A stretch of 63,737 nt of DNA, the filler included, from Reticulomyxa filosa (Eukaryota; Protista; Foraminifera): NCBI GenBank assembly GCA_000512085.1. It is 19 parts of 19 records of this genome, joined end to end, with 100 filler letters (N's around TTAATTAATTAA, not from the genome) between each part and the next. Parts side by side here need not be neighbours in the genome. Positions count along the whole stretch, not along the records: positions 26,459 to 30,541 come from ASPP01044570.1; positions 30,642 to 31,866 come from ASPP01020155.1; positions 31,967 to 33,774 come from ASPP01009522.1; positions 33,875 to 37,504 come from ASPP01019485.1; positions 37,605 to 38,695 come from ASPP01014613.1; positions 38,796 to 40,745 come from ASPP01011140.1; 13 more parts are not named here. One strand, written 5' to 3'. Position numbers and translations under genes: made by a program. A model generated the notes under the pieces. That model was not told the DNA's origin, searched no databases, and was given only the letters and a program-made list of their open reading frames with translations. This document shows, piece by piece, positions 26,590 to 39,680 of this stretch (positions are counted from its first letter, which is position 1; each line of letters begins with the position of its first letter).

Positions 26590-28250
26590 TAAGTTTGTGC
26601 AAGTAGAGAGGGCAAAAAAAACAGTGCGAGTTAAGGATGAAGCGATAGAGTAGTCCAACACTTGACACGCCCACCTAAAAAAAAAAGAAGAAACTGTGGA
26701 GCATTTCCATGAAGGATTTAGGATGTATGGCGAGCAGCGATCAAGACATTGCCTCATTTCGAATTCAAGAAGACATGGGAACCTGAGACAAGAATAAAAG
26801 TCGTCAAGGAACTTTCAAAGTTCATCTTGGCGAGGATTTAAATATTTTGACAATTTTTTGAAACAGCTTCATATTTTTTTGACAGTTGAAATTATTTTCG
26901 TTTTTATTTATTTTGGTCCAGGTTCAAAGCAAGAAAAAGTCCAGCAAATCAAAGAAAAATCCCCAAGAAAAGGCTCACGAAGGCCAGGAAACCAATTACT
27001 TGAACAATTTTATGTTTAATAATTTTGTAAGTGTTGAATTTTATCTATTTTAATTTGATTGAAATTTACCTAAGGAAAGTTGAGAAACAATTGGAAAAAC
27101 CGATACAAGCAACGATCGAAGAAACGGTCAAAGAAAAAACACTTCAACATTTTGTTGTGGAATCTCATAAATGATCAAAATGGTGGTCAGTTATTCATTG
27201 GAAACATGTTTCAATCCAGTTTCTTCAATTCTTTGGATTCTTTCAAGTCTTTTCCAAAAGTATCACATTCAATAAATCTGGAACCGAACGCATTGGATGA
27301 AAGAATAGCTCAAAATGAATTACGAACGAGTTGTAATTCTCTCTGAATGCAATTCAGAGACTTACAACTTTCCGACCACAAATATCAAAGGTTAATATTG
27401 TAACCTGATTTTTTTTTTGCAAAAGTGAATTCACAAACAAATAACTTTAATGCGACAATTTCAAATAAAATTTTTTGATGAGATAGAAAGTGCATCAGTT
27501 ATATCTTTGCCTCACTCACCTCTGTGGAGTTCATAGGGGATTCAAGACGAGCAATCAAATTGCAAAATAAATCCAGTAACCCTTGCATGTTAATGAATTT
27601 TTATTTTCGCCGTAGTTTTGGCTAATTTTTTTTTTTAAGCACACAATCATTTGAAAAGATTACCTGTAATGATGCAGAATCACTTTTAAAAAAGTTTCAA
27701 TCGAAATTTGCATTAAACAAAAAAATAAATAAATCTGACGGTCAATTGTTTGCTCAAGAATTCTAATTTGCTATGAAAATAACTAAATATATTAGCATTT
27801 GCGCGCTCATGAAAGACGATGCAATATCAAGCATTCATCGCATATTCTTCCATTAATTAAGAACGAGCAATGTTGGTCTTTCACCACAAATTAAACGATG
27901 AAAAGGGTAAAGTATATTGATCCAATTTATCAAGATTTTTGAATAAAGTGTCGAATCTTGGACCAAGTGTGTTGAACGAAAGAAAGTTCAAAAAACAATG
28001 CCTGCAGACATTTATAAGAGATTAGTGGAAAAGAATTACAATGATAGTCAATGTTATTTACCAACTTCTTCCTCTTGAATTAAGACAAAAAGTGCTTCCA
28101 GACATTAATGTATTGTCTATAAAACAATTAATCATTTTCGATATTGGAAACAATATCATGATCAAAGTTTTGAATGCAGCAGCAAAGTTCGTGATTGATA
28201 TTAATAGAAGGCTTTGAATAATTGTCCAGTTTCTTCAAGACAAATCTTAA
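26590..28250 (+). pseudogene. Decayed gene relic of unknown family
   Basis: Protein-like patches with dense stops and frameshifts, no coherent exon structure. Confidence 0.4.
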
Positions 28251-28977
28251 TTTAAATTTAAATAACTTTATTGTTTTTCTTTTGATTATTTTTGCATAGA
28301 CCTTTTGATTATTGTAAGATTTGTTTTGTGTTTATTTTATGCTCTTTTACAAGAAAGTATGAGTTTATGCATGTAAATAGTGCAAAACAAGTTTCACAAT
28401 ATCTTTAATACAAACTTTGCACACTATGAAATCGTTAAAAATTTTAAAGTTATTCTTTGTGTTAGATTAAAGAGTTAGATACTATATGCAGCATCAGTAT
28501 CTAAATGATTTTGAATATAATCTCAAACTACTTTTGTCTAAACAACATTTGTGATAACAAGGCAAAGACCAAATAAAATAAAACTACTAGTAAAATTTTC
28601 ATAGCGCATAAAAAATTTTTATATTAGTCTGATCAGACATCTATAAGATATGATTTTTTACTTGGAGGTCACCTGCGAGAATAAGAAAAAGTGCAATGTA
28701 TTTACTTACGACATTTATACACTCTCTTTTAAACATTTGCGTGCTGTATTTAGCTTTCACAATATTTTTTAAGTGTCCGCTTCACTATCACAGACATTTC
28801 TAATGAAATCCTTACATTTTGGCTTTTCTTTTATTTAAAATAGTACAGAAATTATTGTACTATCAAATTTTTGTACGTTCTCCACATAAGTCAAATTGGG
28901 GTGGGGGGTTTCCCGTAAAAACCTTATCAATTGACATTATCGTTTAAACTTTGAAAATCCTATCTAAATAAAACTTA

Positions 28978-29340
28978 ATGGATGAAGAATATGTAGGTGG
29001 TCCAACGTCGGAAATGGATCAAACAGAATCAAGAGCTGAAGGAAACGTATCTGTGATCAACCAAAGACACGTGAACTCAAACAATCAAGAAACAGAGCAA
29101 TTAGAAATTGATGTCAATGGAAACCCTGCTGAGTTCAACGATTACTTATGTCCAAGCATTTGGAGTATTGCTTGTTGTTTTATATGCGGTATACCTGCAT
29201 TTTTGAATGTTCAAGCAGCAACTGAGGCGTATTGGATTGGAGATTATAGTTTAGCAAAGATATATAGTGTTCGAGCAAGGAATTTGATCCTTGTTGCACT
29301 TATTTGTGGGCTCGTTTTTACATTGATATATTTCGTTTGA
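28978..29340 (+). CDS. CD225/dispanin (IFITM-like) membrane protein, intronless
   Basis: DYLCPSIWSIACCFICGIPAF...AYWIGDYSLAKIYSVRARNLILVALICG matches the CD225 pattern: DYL, CC, G-x2-A, G-D-x3-A, two hydrophobic segments. Confidence 0.88.
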   Translation: MDEEYVGGPTSEMDQTESRAEGNVSVINQRHVNSNNQETEQLEIDVNGNPAEFNDYLCPSIWSIACCFICGIPAFLNVQAATEAYWIGDYSLAKIYSVRARNLILVALICGLVFTLIYFV

Positions 29341-29815
29341 AAACAATGAGCTAAAACGACTTGAGGAAGAATAATTAAAAAATAAAAATAAGTCAAAATT
29401 CCTTTCCTTTCTTTGTGTGTGAGGTGCACAAATGAAATGAAAAGAGGCTTTATTACTTTTTATTTTATTTTACTCCTATTGTTATAACAAAAAATATTTC
29501 TGCATAATCACTTTAAGGCACAACAATCAATACTATTTTGTCTTATTTCTGCGAAATCTTCTCAAAATAATCTTCTCTTGTAACACTCTGGTAGGCTGGT
29601 CTTAGTTTTCATTACTTCACGCAAATTATATCTCCCATTTCAATTCAAGAATTCGAATATAAAAATGTAGACTTATTCAATATCATTATATTTTTTAAAA
29701 TTGTCAGAGCACACAGTGCTTGCAAAGGTTGTTTGATCGAAGGAAGATCAAATCAATCAAAAAATATCGCAAATAGTTTTTTTTTTGAGTGAAAAAAAAG
29801 TTTCTTTTTAAAAAA

Positions 29816-30498
29816 TTATTTTGGGAACATTTGTTTAATATACTTGCTATCTTTTTCTTTTAATTCTTCTGAGGCTTTTTCTGAACGGGCACTATCCAAG
29901 CAATGGAAATACTCATGATATTGTGAAGTGCAAAAATAGATTTGTGTTAATGCTGCTCTACTAGTGGACAATCTCTGTCCTCCAATGTTAGTATTTTTGA
30001 TTCCCAAACAACGTTGATAGGCCTTCCAAGGTTCATCACATATTTCCTCGCAATGTAATTCTAATCGTTGTTCAAATGTTTCATCTAAATACTCAATAAA
30101 TTCAGTTTTTTTGTCCAAATAATATTCTCTCTTCTCTTCTGATGTCATTGTCTCCCATTCTTTTTTTTTTTAAATTATTTGTTTGTATAAATATACATCG
30201 TGTATATATTACCTAACATACATACAATACATATATATATATAATGTATTACTTTTTTCGATGATTGGTACAACTGCAGGCCTTAACAAAGAAGCATCAG
30301 AGCTTACTTTTTTAAAAAAAGAGGGTTGCAATGGAGCGAATGGGTCAATGCTTTTATCAATTTGATAAGGATTGTTATCGCTTAGTTTTTGTGAGTTACG
30401 AAGTTGTAAATTGGATGCAATTAATTCCAAATCATCTGATTGCTCTGATGACACTGGTGCTGGCATGGCTTCGAGCTTTGTTCCACGAAGTAGCTTTG
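29816..30498 (-). CDS. Cytochrome bc1 hinge (QCR6/UQCRH)-like domain with long N-terminal extension (5'-truncated)
   Basis: HCEEICDEPWKAYQRC...CTSQYHEYFHCLD resembles plant-type hinge (C-x3-C-x9-C...CTGQYFDYWxCID); upstream exon ~30498-30253 splices in frame via acceptor at 30161-30162. Confidence 0.72.
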
Positions 30499-30725
30499 CT
30501 GTAAATTATGTCAGATTTATGCTTGTCAGGTCTTCTCTCTCNNNNNNNNNNNNNNNNNNNNNNNNNNNNNNNNNNNNNNNNNNNNTTAATTAATTAANNN
30601 NNNNNNNNNNNNNNNNNNNNNNNNNNNNNNNNNNNNNNNNNAAAAAAAAGGGAAGCGAAGAGTTTTTTTCGCGCACGTAATCCGCAATATTTTTTGGAGA
30701 GGAGGGGGGAAAAAAAAACCAAACT

Positions 30726-31805
30726 GCGGATTGTCCATTCATCCAAATTTTCATCCTCAAAATCAAAATGCACAGGTTGATGTTTTACTTCAAGCTGAGG
30801 GTTGCTTACTCGCTCGAAGTATGAATGTTTAAGTGCAGATTCCGATGATATCCTTTTTTCGACATCGTATTGCAAAAAGCGTAGCAACAAGTCAAGCGCA
30901 CGTCGCACGCGTTGTTCTTTCACTAAATATTGCTCTGTAGTGTATCAACCCCCACACAACATAAGTGTCATATATGCACCATAAATCTCATTAAATATTG
31001 TTTGCATTGGCAGCACGTGTGAACTCCCCTCTTTTTTTTTTTTTTTTAAGTCAAAAAAAAAAAGAAATACTGGACTCAACTGCAGACATTGTCGTCTTCA
31101 GGAAGTCCAGGGAATACACTTTGAATTCTAGCAGGAGAAATGGGTTTAATTTTCAGCAATTGCTCGTGGAAGCGCGGATGACTCATTTTAAAAATTTCCT
31201 CTTTTGTAGGCGTGCCCAATACATTGAAGATTGCTGTTTGTACGTTGTGTACGTATGTTGTGTGTACGTAAGTGGTTTTTTTTTGTGGAAAAAGACCAAG
31301 GAACAAAGGGGGGGGGGGTGTCAGGGAAAAAAAAAATCCGGGTTGTATATAAGTCCAAAAAATTTGGTTCAAAAAAAAGGGAAGACCAATTATACAGAAC
31401 TTTCTAATTGATCATTGCAATGCTTTTTGGAAAAGTGATCTGTTCCCGACAGTGGGAAGCATGTTGTCCCAGGAAATAAAGGTTTTCTCTGCAAAACATT
31501 TTTACAAAAACGGTCGTTCATTTGCAGGAGTTCTCCAAAATGCAGCCAATAGCCCACATATCAATTTGCGGTAAATGCTTATTGTCCAAGTTCGACAGTA
31601 TCACTTCCGGGGCACGATACCAACGTGTGGCCACGTGTCTAGTCAAAGTTCTTTCTTTCCAATGTCCTCTCTCAAACTGGCTGCTTTGGTTCTCATCACT
31701 ATGTGACTTCTTCCTTTCGCCATCCGAAGAAACGCTGTCCACTTCGACCAGCCTCTTAACGTCTGGGTTTTGATGAATGCCACGTGCCAAACCAAAATCA
31801 CATAC
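30726..31805 (-). CDS. Atypical MAP kinase (TRH activation motif), internal fragment with one apparent -1 frameshift
   Basis: VCDFGLARG...LTRHVATRWYRAPEVIL, IDMWAIGCI, PLFPGTTCFPLS, DQLE|TAIFNVLGTP, ALDLLLRFLQYDVEKRISSESALKHSYF. Confidence 0.93.
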
Positions 31806-31966
31806 CTTTTTTTTTATTTAAAAAAAAAAAACCATTCAGCAACCCCAAAAAAAAAAAAACATTCAGNNNNNNNNNNNNNNNNNNNNNNNNNNNNNNNNNN
31901 NNNNNNNNNNTTAATTAATTAANNNNNNNNNNNNNNNNNNNNNNNNNNNNNNNNNNNNNNNNNNNN

Positions 31967-32006
<40 letters not shown>

Positions 32007-32082
32007 AACTTTTTTTTTTTTTTTTTTATATAAAATTTAAAAAAAAAGAACTTATCAACGTTACGAACGCATATTACACATA

Positions 32083-33711
32083 TTGTCGAAGCCAGACATG
32101 ATTGATCCAGGCATTCACACCCGAGCGATGATGTTCTGTGGCAAGGAGAACGTGGCGGAATATTTGGACAGAGTGACAGCGATGGATGAAAAAGCAAGTG
32201 AGAAGTATGACGACGAGAGCAACAGTACATGGATCAATCGACATTTGAATAACTCGCAAAAGCGAGCAGTGACGACAGCATTGACGACTCGTTTGCCGTT
32301 GTTCTTGATCCATGGGCCTCCAGGGACGGGGAAGACAACGACAGTGATTGAGTTTATTCTGCAAGCGTTGCTGTTCAACAACAGAGATAAGGATAAGAGT
32401 AAAGACAGCGAGGGTAAAGGCGGCAATCGGTATAAAATACTGGCATGTGCGCCTTCGAATATAGCGGTGGACAATATGGTGGAGAAGCTGGCACAATTGG
32501 AACGTGAATGGCAAGACGGGATCGGAGATCGCCGCACGGGGTTGAAAAGGCCGTTCAAGTTTGTGCGAATGGGACATCCGGCGAGGATGTTGGACGAAGT
32601 GCTGAAGAATAGTTTGGATTCATTGGTGGCGTTGAGTGAAGACAAGCAACTGTGCGAAGAGATACGAGAGGAAATGAACGAAAAGTTGAGACAATTGACT
32701 AAGCAAGGCAACAAAGACAAACAGCTGTGTGCGACATTGCGAAACGAAATTCGCTTACTGCGCAAAGACTTGAAGCAATACGAACAAAGAGTAGTTACCA
32801 GAATTTTGGATGAATGTGACATTGTGTTATGTACTTTGACTGGTGCGTGTATGAAAGAACTGGTGAAACGCACTTTTGATTTGTGTGTGATTGATGAAGC
32901 AGCACAAGCGTTGGAGGTCGCGTGTTGGATTCCCATGATCAAAGCCAAACGCACTGTCCTCGCTGGTGATCATCAGCAATTGCCTCCCACTATCAAATCC
33001 AAAAATGCCGAGCAATTGTCTTTCACACTGTTCGATCGCGCCTATCAAAAATTTGGTGATGCCGTCACGGTCATGTTGGATACGCAATATCGAATGAATC
33101 AAGTCATTTGCCAGTTCTTCAGTAAGCAATTGTATCATGACCAACTGCGCTCTCATTCGTCCGTTGCTAATCATTTGCTTAAGGATTTGCCCTATCTCAC
33201 CTCTCTCGTCCCTCCTCTAGTCCCCACTCGTGCCAACACCACTCCACTCATGCTTATTGACACCAACGGCTTCCAATTCTTTGAAGACGTCGTGGAAAAA
33301 AATGAGTCCAAGAAAAACCAACGCGAAGCCTTGCTGGTCCAAAAACATGTCGACGTTTTGCTTCGGCATAACCACATCAAACCACAAGACATCGCCGTCA
33401 TCTCGCCCTATCGTGCCCAAGTCCAACTCATTCGAGATTTGATACCTGATCGTCGAATTGAAATTGGCACTGTTGATGGATTTCAGGTGTTTTTTTTTTA
33501 AAAAAAAAAAAAAAAAAAAAACGGAAAATAAAATAGGCCCTCATGGAACCAGTACTTAAACAAATAAACCAAAAAAAAAAGGGAACGCGAAAAAGAAGCC
33601 ATCATAATTAGTATGGTACGTTCAAATGAAGACATGTCACTAGGGTTTTTGAAGGATGATAGACGAACTAATGTTGCAGTAACTCGAGCTCGAAGACATT
33701 GTGCCCTAATT
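32083..33711 (+). CDS. IGHMBP2: SF1 Upf1-like helicase of IGHMBP2/Hcs1 type (partial)
   Basis: [90 protein letters not shown]|GREKE-like, [17 protein letters not shown]. Confidence 0.93.
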
Positions 33712-33714
33712 GTA

Positions 33715-33766
<52 letters not shown>

Positions 33767-34314
33767 ATATATTANNNNNNNNNNNNNNNNNNNNNNNNNN
33801 NNNNNNNNNNNNNNNNNNTTAATTAATTAANNNNNNNNNNNNNNNNNNNNNNNNNNNNNNNNNNNNNNNNNNNNGAAAAAGCACTACATTGAGCACCAAG
33901 AGCCTACAATACGAGAGACAGGGTACTGACGCTGACAGCTTGTCAGGCCGCGTTAGCTGGATAGACAGCAAGGTAAGCATACAATTGAATAAAGCGTTAG
34001 CACATTATGAAAATCTCTTACCTTCTTTATTGTATAAAGATTATCATGCAACAAGCATGAAGGGAGAAAAAAGTTCGTCAAAGCAACAAAAGTGTGTTTA
34101 TGTGGAAACATAAATTATAATTTGCGGTTAAAATAATTTTAAAAAATAAAAAATGTAGTAATTTTTGAACAAAATTTGAAAGTTATTTTTTTTTTGGACT
34201 TGATAATGGTGCTAGTGACAGCGGAACTGGTCATGAGAACAAAAAAAGTTTTTTTTATGTTGTAATTGATGATCTTTTAAAGTAGGACAGTTATTGAAGA
34301 GCCAACAAAAAAAG

Positions 34315-37300
34315 ATGAAAAAGACCGTGTCATTGCGGTGGGTGTTATGGTGTAGCACTTTGGTTGTGTGGACCATACTACTAACGACTGGCGACACGAG
34401 CACATGTCCGTCAGACGATCCTTGCGTTGAGTGCAATCAAATGCTAAACTGTTCAACAGAAGGCTGGGTGTATATGACGGTGCCAGCAAACCGACACAGC
34501 GTGAACACTCACGACAAGGGGTTGTTAGTAGATAGGAACTGAAAGAATTACGAACATGGACATACTCACTTATCGCGTTGTGTTCCACAATAACACACTT
34601 GCGACATCAGCACATTATGTTGGAACACAATCAATTTATGTAGATTTTGGTGAGCTTTATTCCGGTCGTGCACATATCACGCATTTCGGAAACATAAGTA
34701 CTTCTCCAATTCAATTATACGTAGGTCCAAGGTGATATAATTGCCATCTTATGAATACGGGCTGAAGAAGTCACTCAGGGCATTTAGGCAACACATCAAA
34801 TAATACTTGATTATAACCTCATTCCACAAGAACACATTCCTGGCCATTTAATTAGTTTCTGCTATACTTTGGTGGCACTAAAACCCACATAACAACTTAT
34901 TAATACTTTGGTCCTTGCTTACTCCTTTTTTTTTTTTTTGAATTAGTTGTGGTCTTGTACGTATATATGTTCTAGGTGATTTTTTTATATTGTACTTTGC
35001 ACATTTTATAAACGTTGATTGAAATATGCTGACTTATTGTGAGTCTTATTCTTTTTTTTCTCAATGTTTTTAAATTAATTTGATTATTTAAAAGAAGAGC
35101 TATCTTTTTACTTTTATTGTTTTCAAAAAAGAAAAGGATGCTGTCTTTTTTTTTTTCAAAAACATTATTCGTTGCAAAAGTTTGTGGAAATAGGAAAATG
35201 AATACACAAACAAACTCTCCAATGAGGAAACACTTGGAGATAAAAGATGTTTTCAACAGTACCAACAGAGGAGAATGCAAGAAAGTATCAAAAATCTGGA
35301 CCTTATTTGGATTGTTTTTTTTCACAAATAAAAATACAACGACAATCATTAGAGCCCAACACACTTGTATTCCAATGAAAATAACAAATCACAATGAAAC
35401 GAATTGTATTAAAAGAAACAGAACAAAACAAAAAACAAATCAATGTGTTGATTTGTCATATCATCGAAGAGATCGGGCAGACAATATTGCCAAAATATAT
35501 ACATTGTGGCAATATTGTTTTCATTTTTGCCTTTGTGTGCACTCCAATGTCGTGATAAGTCTTGCTTTGCTCGATGATAACGACGGTAATGTAATCGAAT
35601 GTGTCTTTGGCAGTAACCAATACGATCAGCGAAGAAGGAGATAGATAAGATAGTTGATACAACTGTGATCCCAAAATTACAACATGGTATCGACGTCATC
35701 TCAAGTGCCCAATTACGACAATAGCGACGAAACAGAGCCAACAGAAATATCAATCGATTGGAAGGCAGTATTTGTAGCCTTATTTTTATTCACATTAAGT
35801 ACAATGACTTGATCATTGTTCAATGTGTTGAATCGTCGCTTTGTCTTGAGCAGGTAATTGTCATTGTTTCAATGCGGAATCCCCTCCTTCTTCTTCTCCA
35901 TTTGCGGTTCCATTACACCGCCAGTGGACATAGCATATTCTAGTTGTGTATACACAAAAACAACTTAATTTAAACTGCTTTGAAAGATAGACAAAAATAA
36001 CCAATGTTATTTTAACTTCAATCTCCTTTCAAAGGTATTATGACAACAAAATGAAATATTATCACATTCAATCATTTCCTTCCAATATCCCTTGACGATA
36101 ATGCCAATGCTCTTTTGTCATCCAATTGCAACATACCAAAGCTTTGATATCTTCCACCAAATGAACACGAAGATCGGAAATGTCTTCATGCATCTTTGGT
36201 GTTCGACATCGGGAGCCACATACACATAATCGCAAATATATATGAATGACAACGATGGGTATTTGATTAATTATGCATATAATGAGTTGAGTGTATATTA
36301 AGCTGGATGTTGTTTGCGATTGTAAAACACATAACATTTATTGTCATCCATAATAACTCATAATTTTGGTGACATATGTCAACATCTTTTAGGAATTGAT
36401 TGTGTCAATCGTCTTTGTTTACACTGTCCATTTGCTTCTTTCGATAGGTTCATCTTGCACGATTCATGAGCACTTGTTGTATGTCTTGACATAATTCATG
36501 TGTTTGATTGATATTTCTTTTTAATCTACTTTTCTTCTTCTTCTTTTTTATTTTCTTTCACTCGAAGCCTAACAAGTTTATGTTCATATTATTTTAATAA
36601 AGACATATCACAACAACTAAAAATAAGATAAAAGTAATGTAGAACTTCTATAATTGATCTACTTACTTGAATATTCCATACATTCAGTGTCACTCGCATT
36701 TGCACTCACCATAGCTGTCCTTTATGGATTGTATCTATTGCATTGATCGATTTATAAACTTACCACAAGGCAATCCAATTCTAAATTGTGATTACAACAT
36801 ACCAAGAGAAGACCAGACCACAATTGCGTTACATTCTGTTAACAAAAAATGTTCACATCGTCTCTGTTATACTTGATGATGATTCATGATAATGCCACAT
36901 TTTAAGATCGATAATGTAATTGTGGATTGCCAATTGATAGATTTGTGGAGCCGATCACAAATTATTTGATTTCTGGACATTAATAAATGCAATTACATTC
37001 AATCATTTTCCAGAAAACTGATACATTTACTTGGCGACATAACAAATTAGAATAAATGTTAATAAATTGATTACAATGTTCGATACTTGATTGCTCGTGT
37101 CAACGCAATTTGAATACGGACAATTTGTGCAACACAATTATCGGAGGAGCTCATAAATAGTGGCAATCAACGATAAGATATTAAATTACCTACATATTAC
37201 ATGCTGACACATTATTAATAATTTCTAATGCCTTCACTTGGACAACGCTTTTTGTTGTTTCAAATCTATATACCTATATACAGGAATAACACACAAATTG

Positions 37301-37400
37301 AAGATAATTAAAGAAAGAGAATAAGATAAATATGTTTTTCAAATTGAATTTAATCAATTGATATTTTTTCTACCTTTGATGACAATATTTGATTTGATCA
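34315..37400. pseudogene. Decayed coding-like relics, including a signal-peptide plus Cys-rich start at 34315 (+)
   Basis: MKKTVSLRWVLWCSTLVVWTILLTTGDTSTCPSDDPCVEC, after which no stop-free spliced continuation was found; remainder is stop-riddled. Confidence 0.3.
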
Positions 37401-37751
37401 AGTGGATCGGTATTGTTTCAGCACGAAATGATGGGATTTTTTCATATTTCAATTGCAGGACTGTCCATATATTGACGAGACTAGTGACCCTTGAGAACGC
37501 AGGCNNNNNNNNNNNNNNNNNNNNNNNNNNNNNNNNNNNNNNNNNNNNTTAATTAATTAANNNNNNNNNNNNNNNNNNNNNNNNNNNNNNNNNNNNNNNN
37601 NNNNTTTTTTTTTTGCCGAAAATTGACCGTTTAATCGAATTTTTTTTTAAAATTCCAAATATTAAGAAAAAAAAAAAAAAAAGCAAACTACAAAAAAATA
37701 TTATTTTACGTTTCTTTTACACCAGTGATTTTTTCAAATAAGCCAAAATCA

Positions 37752-38680
37752 TCAAACATGTGTAACTTTATCTCCTTCAGTTTCAGTTTCAAGCCGACAG
37801 AATTTTTCGCTGTCTTCTTGTTCGTTCTTGTCGCTTTCTTTGTTCTTTTTAACGTGCACAGCGTGAATGCTGTTGTTATTCGACATCAAATCGATGAGTT
37901 TTTTCTCTTGCTTGGAAGGACGATAAGCCTTGGGCTGTTCGTCTGCCGCAATGACAACACCAGAGGAACCAATTCTCGGTAATGCTGGAAGAGAGTCTCT
38001 TTTTTCGCCCATTAGGGTGGTTTGTGGGTGAAGACTTATCTCAGGATTGCCTTGCTTCTTGTGCAAGGCGTTGCGCACACGAATCTCCATCTCAACCGAA
38101 GATGGTGGACTTGTAAACCGTTGGATTTTTTGTTGAAAATCTTTGCTAAGAACGAGTTTGGGGTTGTCCATCAGTTGATTCCGCATGTTCGGAAAAGCTT
38201 CTATCACCAAAAACGTCCATCGCACTTGCTCCACTTGTGACTCCTCCAAGTGCTCCTGCACACGCAGTTCCTCCGCTGCCAACTTTGCCCATGCTTGCAC
38301 GTTCGTTTTTGCCAAAACATTCATGTCTATCCATAAATAAATCAACAAAATAAATAAATGCATTATATACGTATGTGTACATATACATATATCGTATATA
38401 ATGTACTGATTATCTCTACATATATGTACATATATGTATATGTACATATATGTACATTAACGAACTTGTTCCTTCGTTAGTTAGATCTCGTTTGTGCTAT
38501 AACCAATGCGCATATATGTATACATTTGAAATTGGCAAACAGTCGTACATATCATTTTCCTTCCTCTTTCCCCCCCCCCCCCCTCCTTGTCCCTCGCAAA
38601 AAAAAAAAAGTAACCTTTTCTAAGAGATCAAATCCAAAACGAACAATGACACCTTTTGATAGCAAATTTTTTTTGTCCAA
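37752..38680 (-). CDS. Hypothetical protein, internal exons
   Basis: Long protein-like ORF (DMNVLAKTNVQAWAKLAAEELRVQ...) flanked by AT-microsatellite introns. Confidence 0.6.
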
Positions 38681-38883
38681 AAAAAAAAAAAAAAANNNNN
38701 NNNNNNNNNNNNNNNNNNNNNNNNNNNNNNNNNNNNNNNTTAATTAATTAANNNNNNNNNNNNNNNNNNNNNNNNNNNNNNNNNNNNNNNNNNNNAAAAA
38801 AAAAAAAGGAAAACCTTGCCGGCATTTCGCAATTTTTTTTTTTTTTTAATTATTATTTTTAACACAAAAAAAAAAAACTTACT

Positions 38884-39680
38884 TTCCAAAGCAGCAGCAT
38901 CGCCACTAGTTAAACATCTCTTGTCACCAATAATGTCAACGAGTTGTACATATAAAATTTGGTCGGCAATGAGTTTGGTGAGTTCAGGGAAGTGCCAGCC
39001 ATACCATTCTTTGCAGCGCATACAATAGGAGTTGATATCTTTGTCCACATAGTCTAACATAGCAATGGCTTGAATGATCATGTTGTCCGTGCGGTTCACG
39101 TTGAACTTTACACGCATTCGCGAATAGTTATTGCCCAAACCGACACGTGCAACACGACTGTCAATTTTCTTTGAATCGTACTGTGATTTCGTGTATTCAT
39201 CGAAATGGTTGCGAATTCCTCTTGACAATTCCAACACAATTTCGTCACAACGGCACTCCAATTCCATCACTTGCTTAATTTGAGTACCTTTTTAAAAAAA
39301 AAAAAAAATCGGACAAAAAAAAAAAAATAATAATAATAATTGGATTTTTTTTAAAGAAATTCAATACCTAACAAAGGGTCGCTCACGCCAAGTGTTATAT
39401 TTTTTCGCAACTTTTTTTTGGAAATGTCGGGAAGACTCGTTTTCAAAAATTGAAGAAGCGAATCGGGAAGAGCAGACTCAGACAAGCGACTGATACATTC
39501 AAGTGCTTCTTCTTGGTCTGTAAAGGGTGCAAAGGCTTCCATTTTGCACATATTGGAAAAGTTGCCGAAACTTTGCACTGACTTGGTTAGTGCTTGTAAC
39601 GAAATCTCTTCCGCTTCAACAACCCGAAATAAACCCAGTCCCTCAGCGGACTCAAATAACACAAATAAATTGTTCACCAT
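38884..39680 (-). CDS. NOP56: Nucleolar protein 56 (box C/D snoRNP), N-terminal half
   Basis: LFVLFESAEG, LGVSDPLLG, ELSRGIR, GLGNNYSRMRVKFNVNRTDNMIIQAI (NOP56-type; NOP58 has KFSPDKVD), KEWYGWHFPEL. Confidence 0.93.

Noticed and set aside
32115-32954. 279-aa minus-strand ORF
   Set aside because: Antisense shadow of the helicase exon
38796-39370. Intronic box C/D snoRNAs in NOP56
   Set aside because: The visible introns are short homopolymer tracts without RUGAUGA/CUGA pairs
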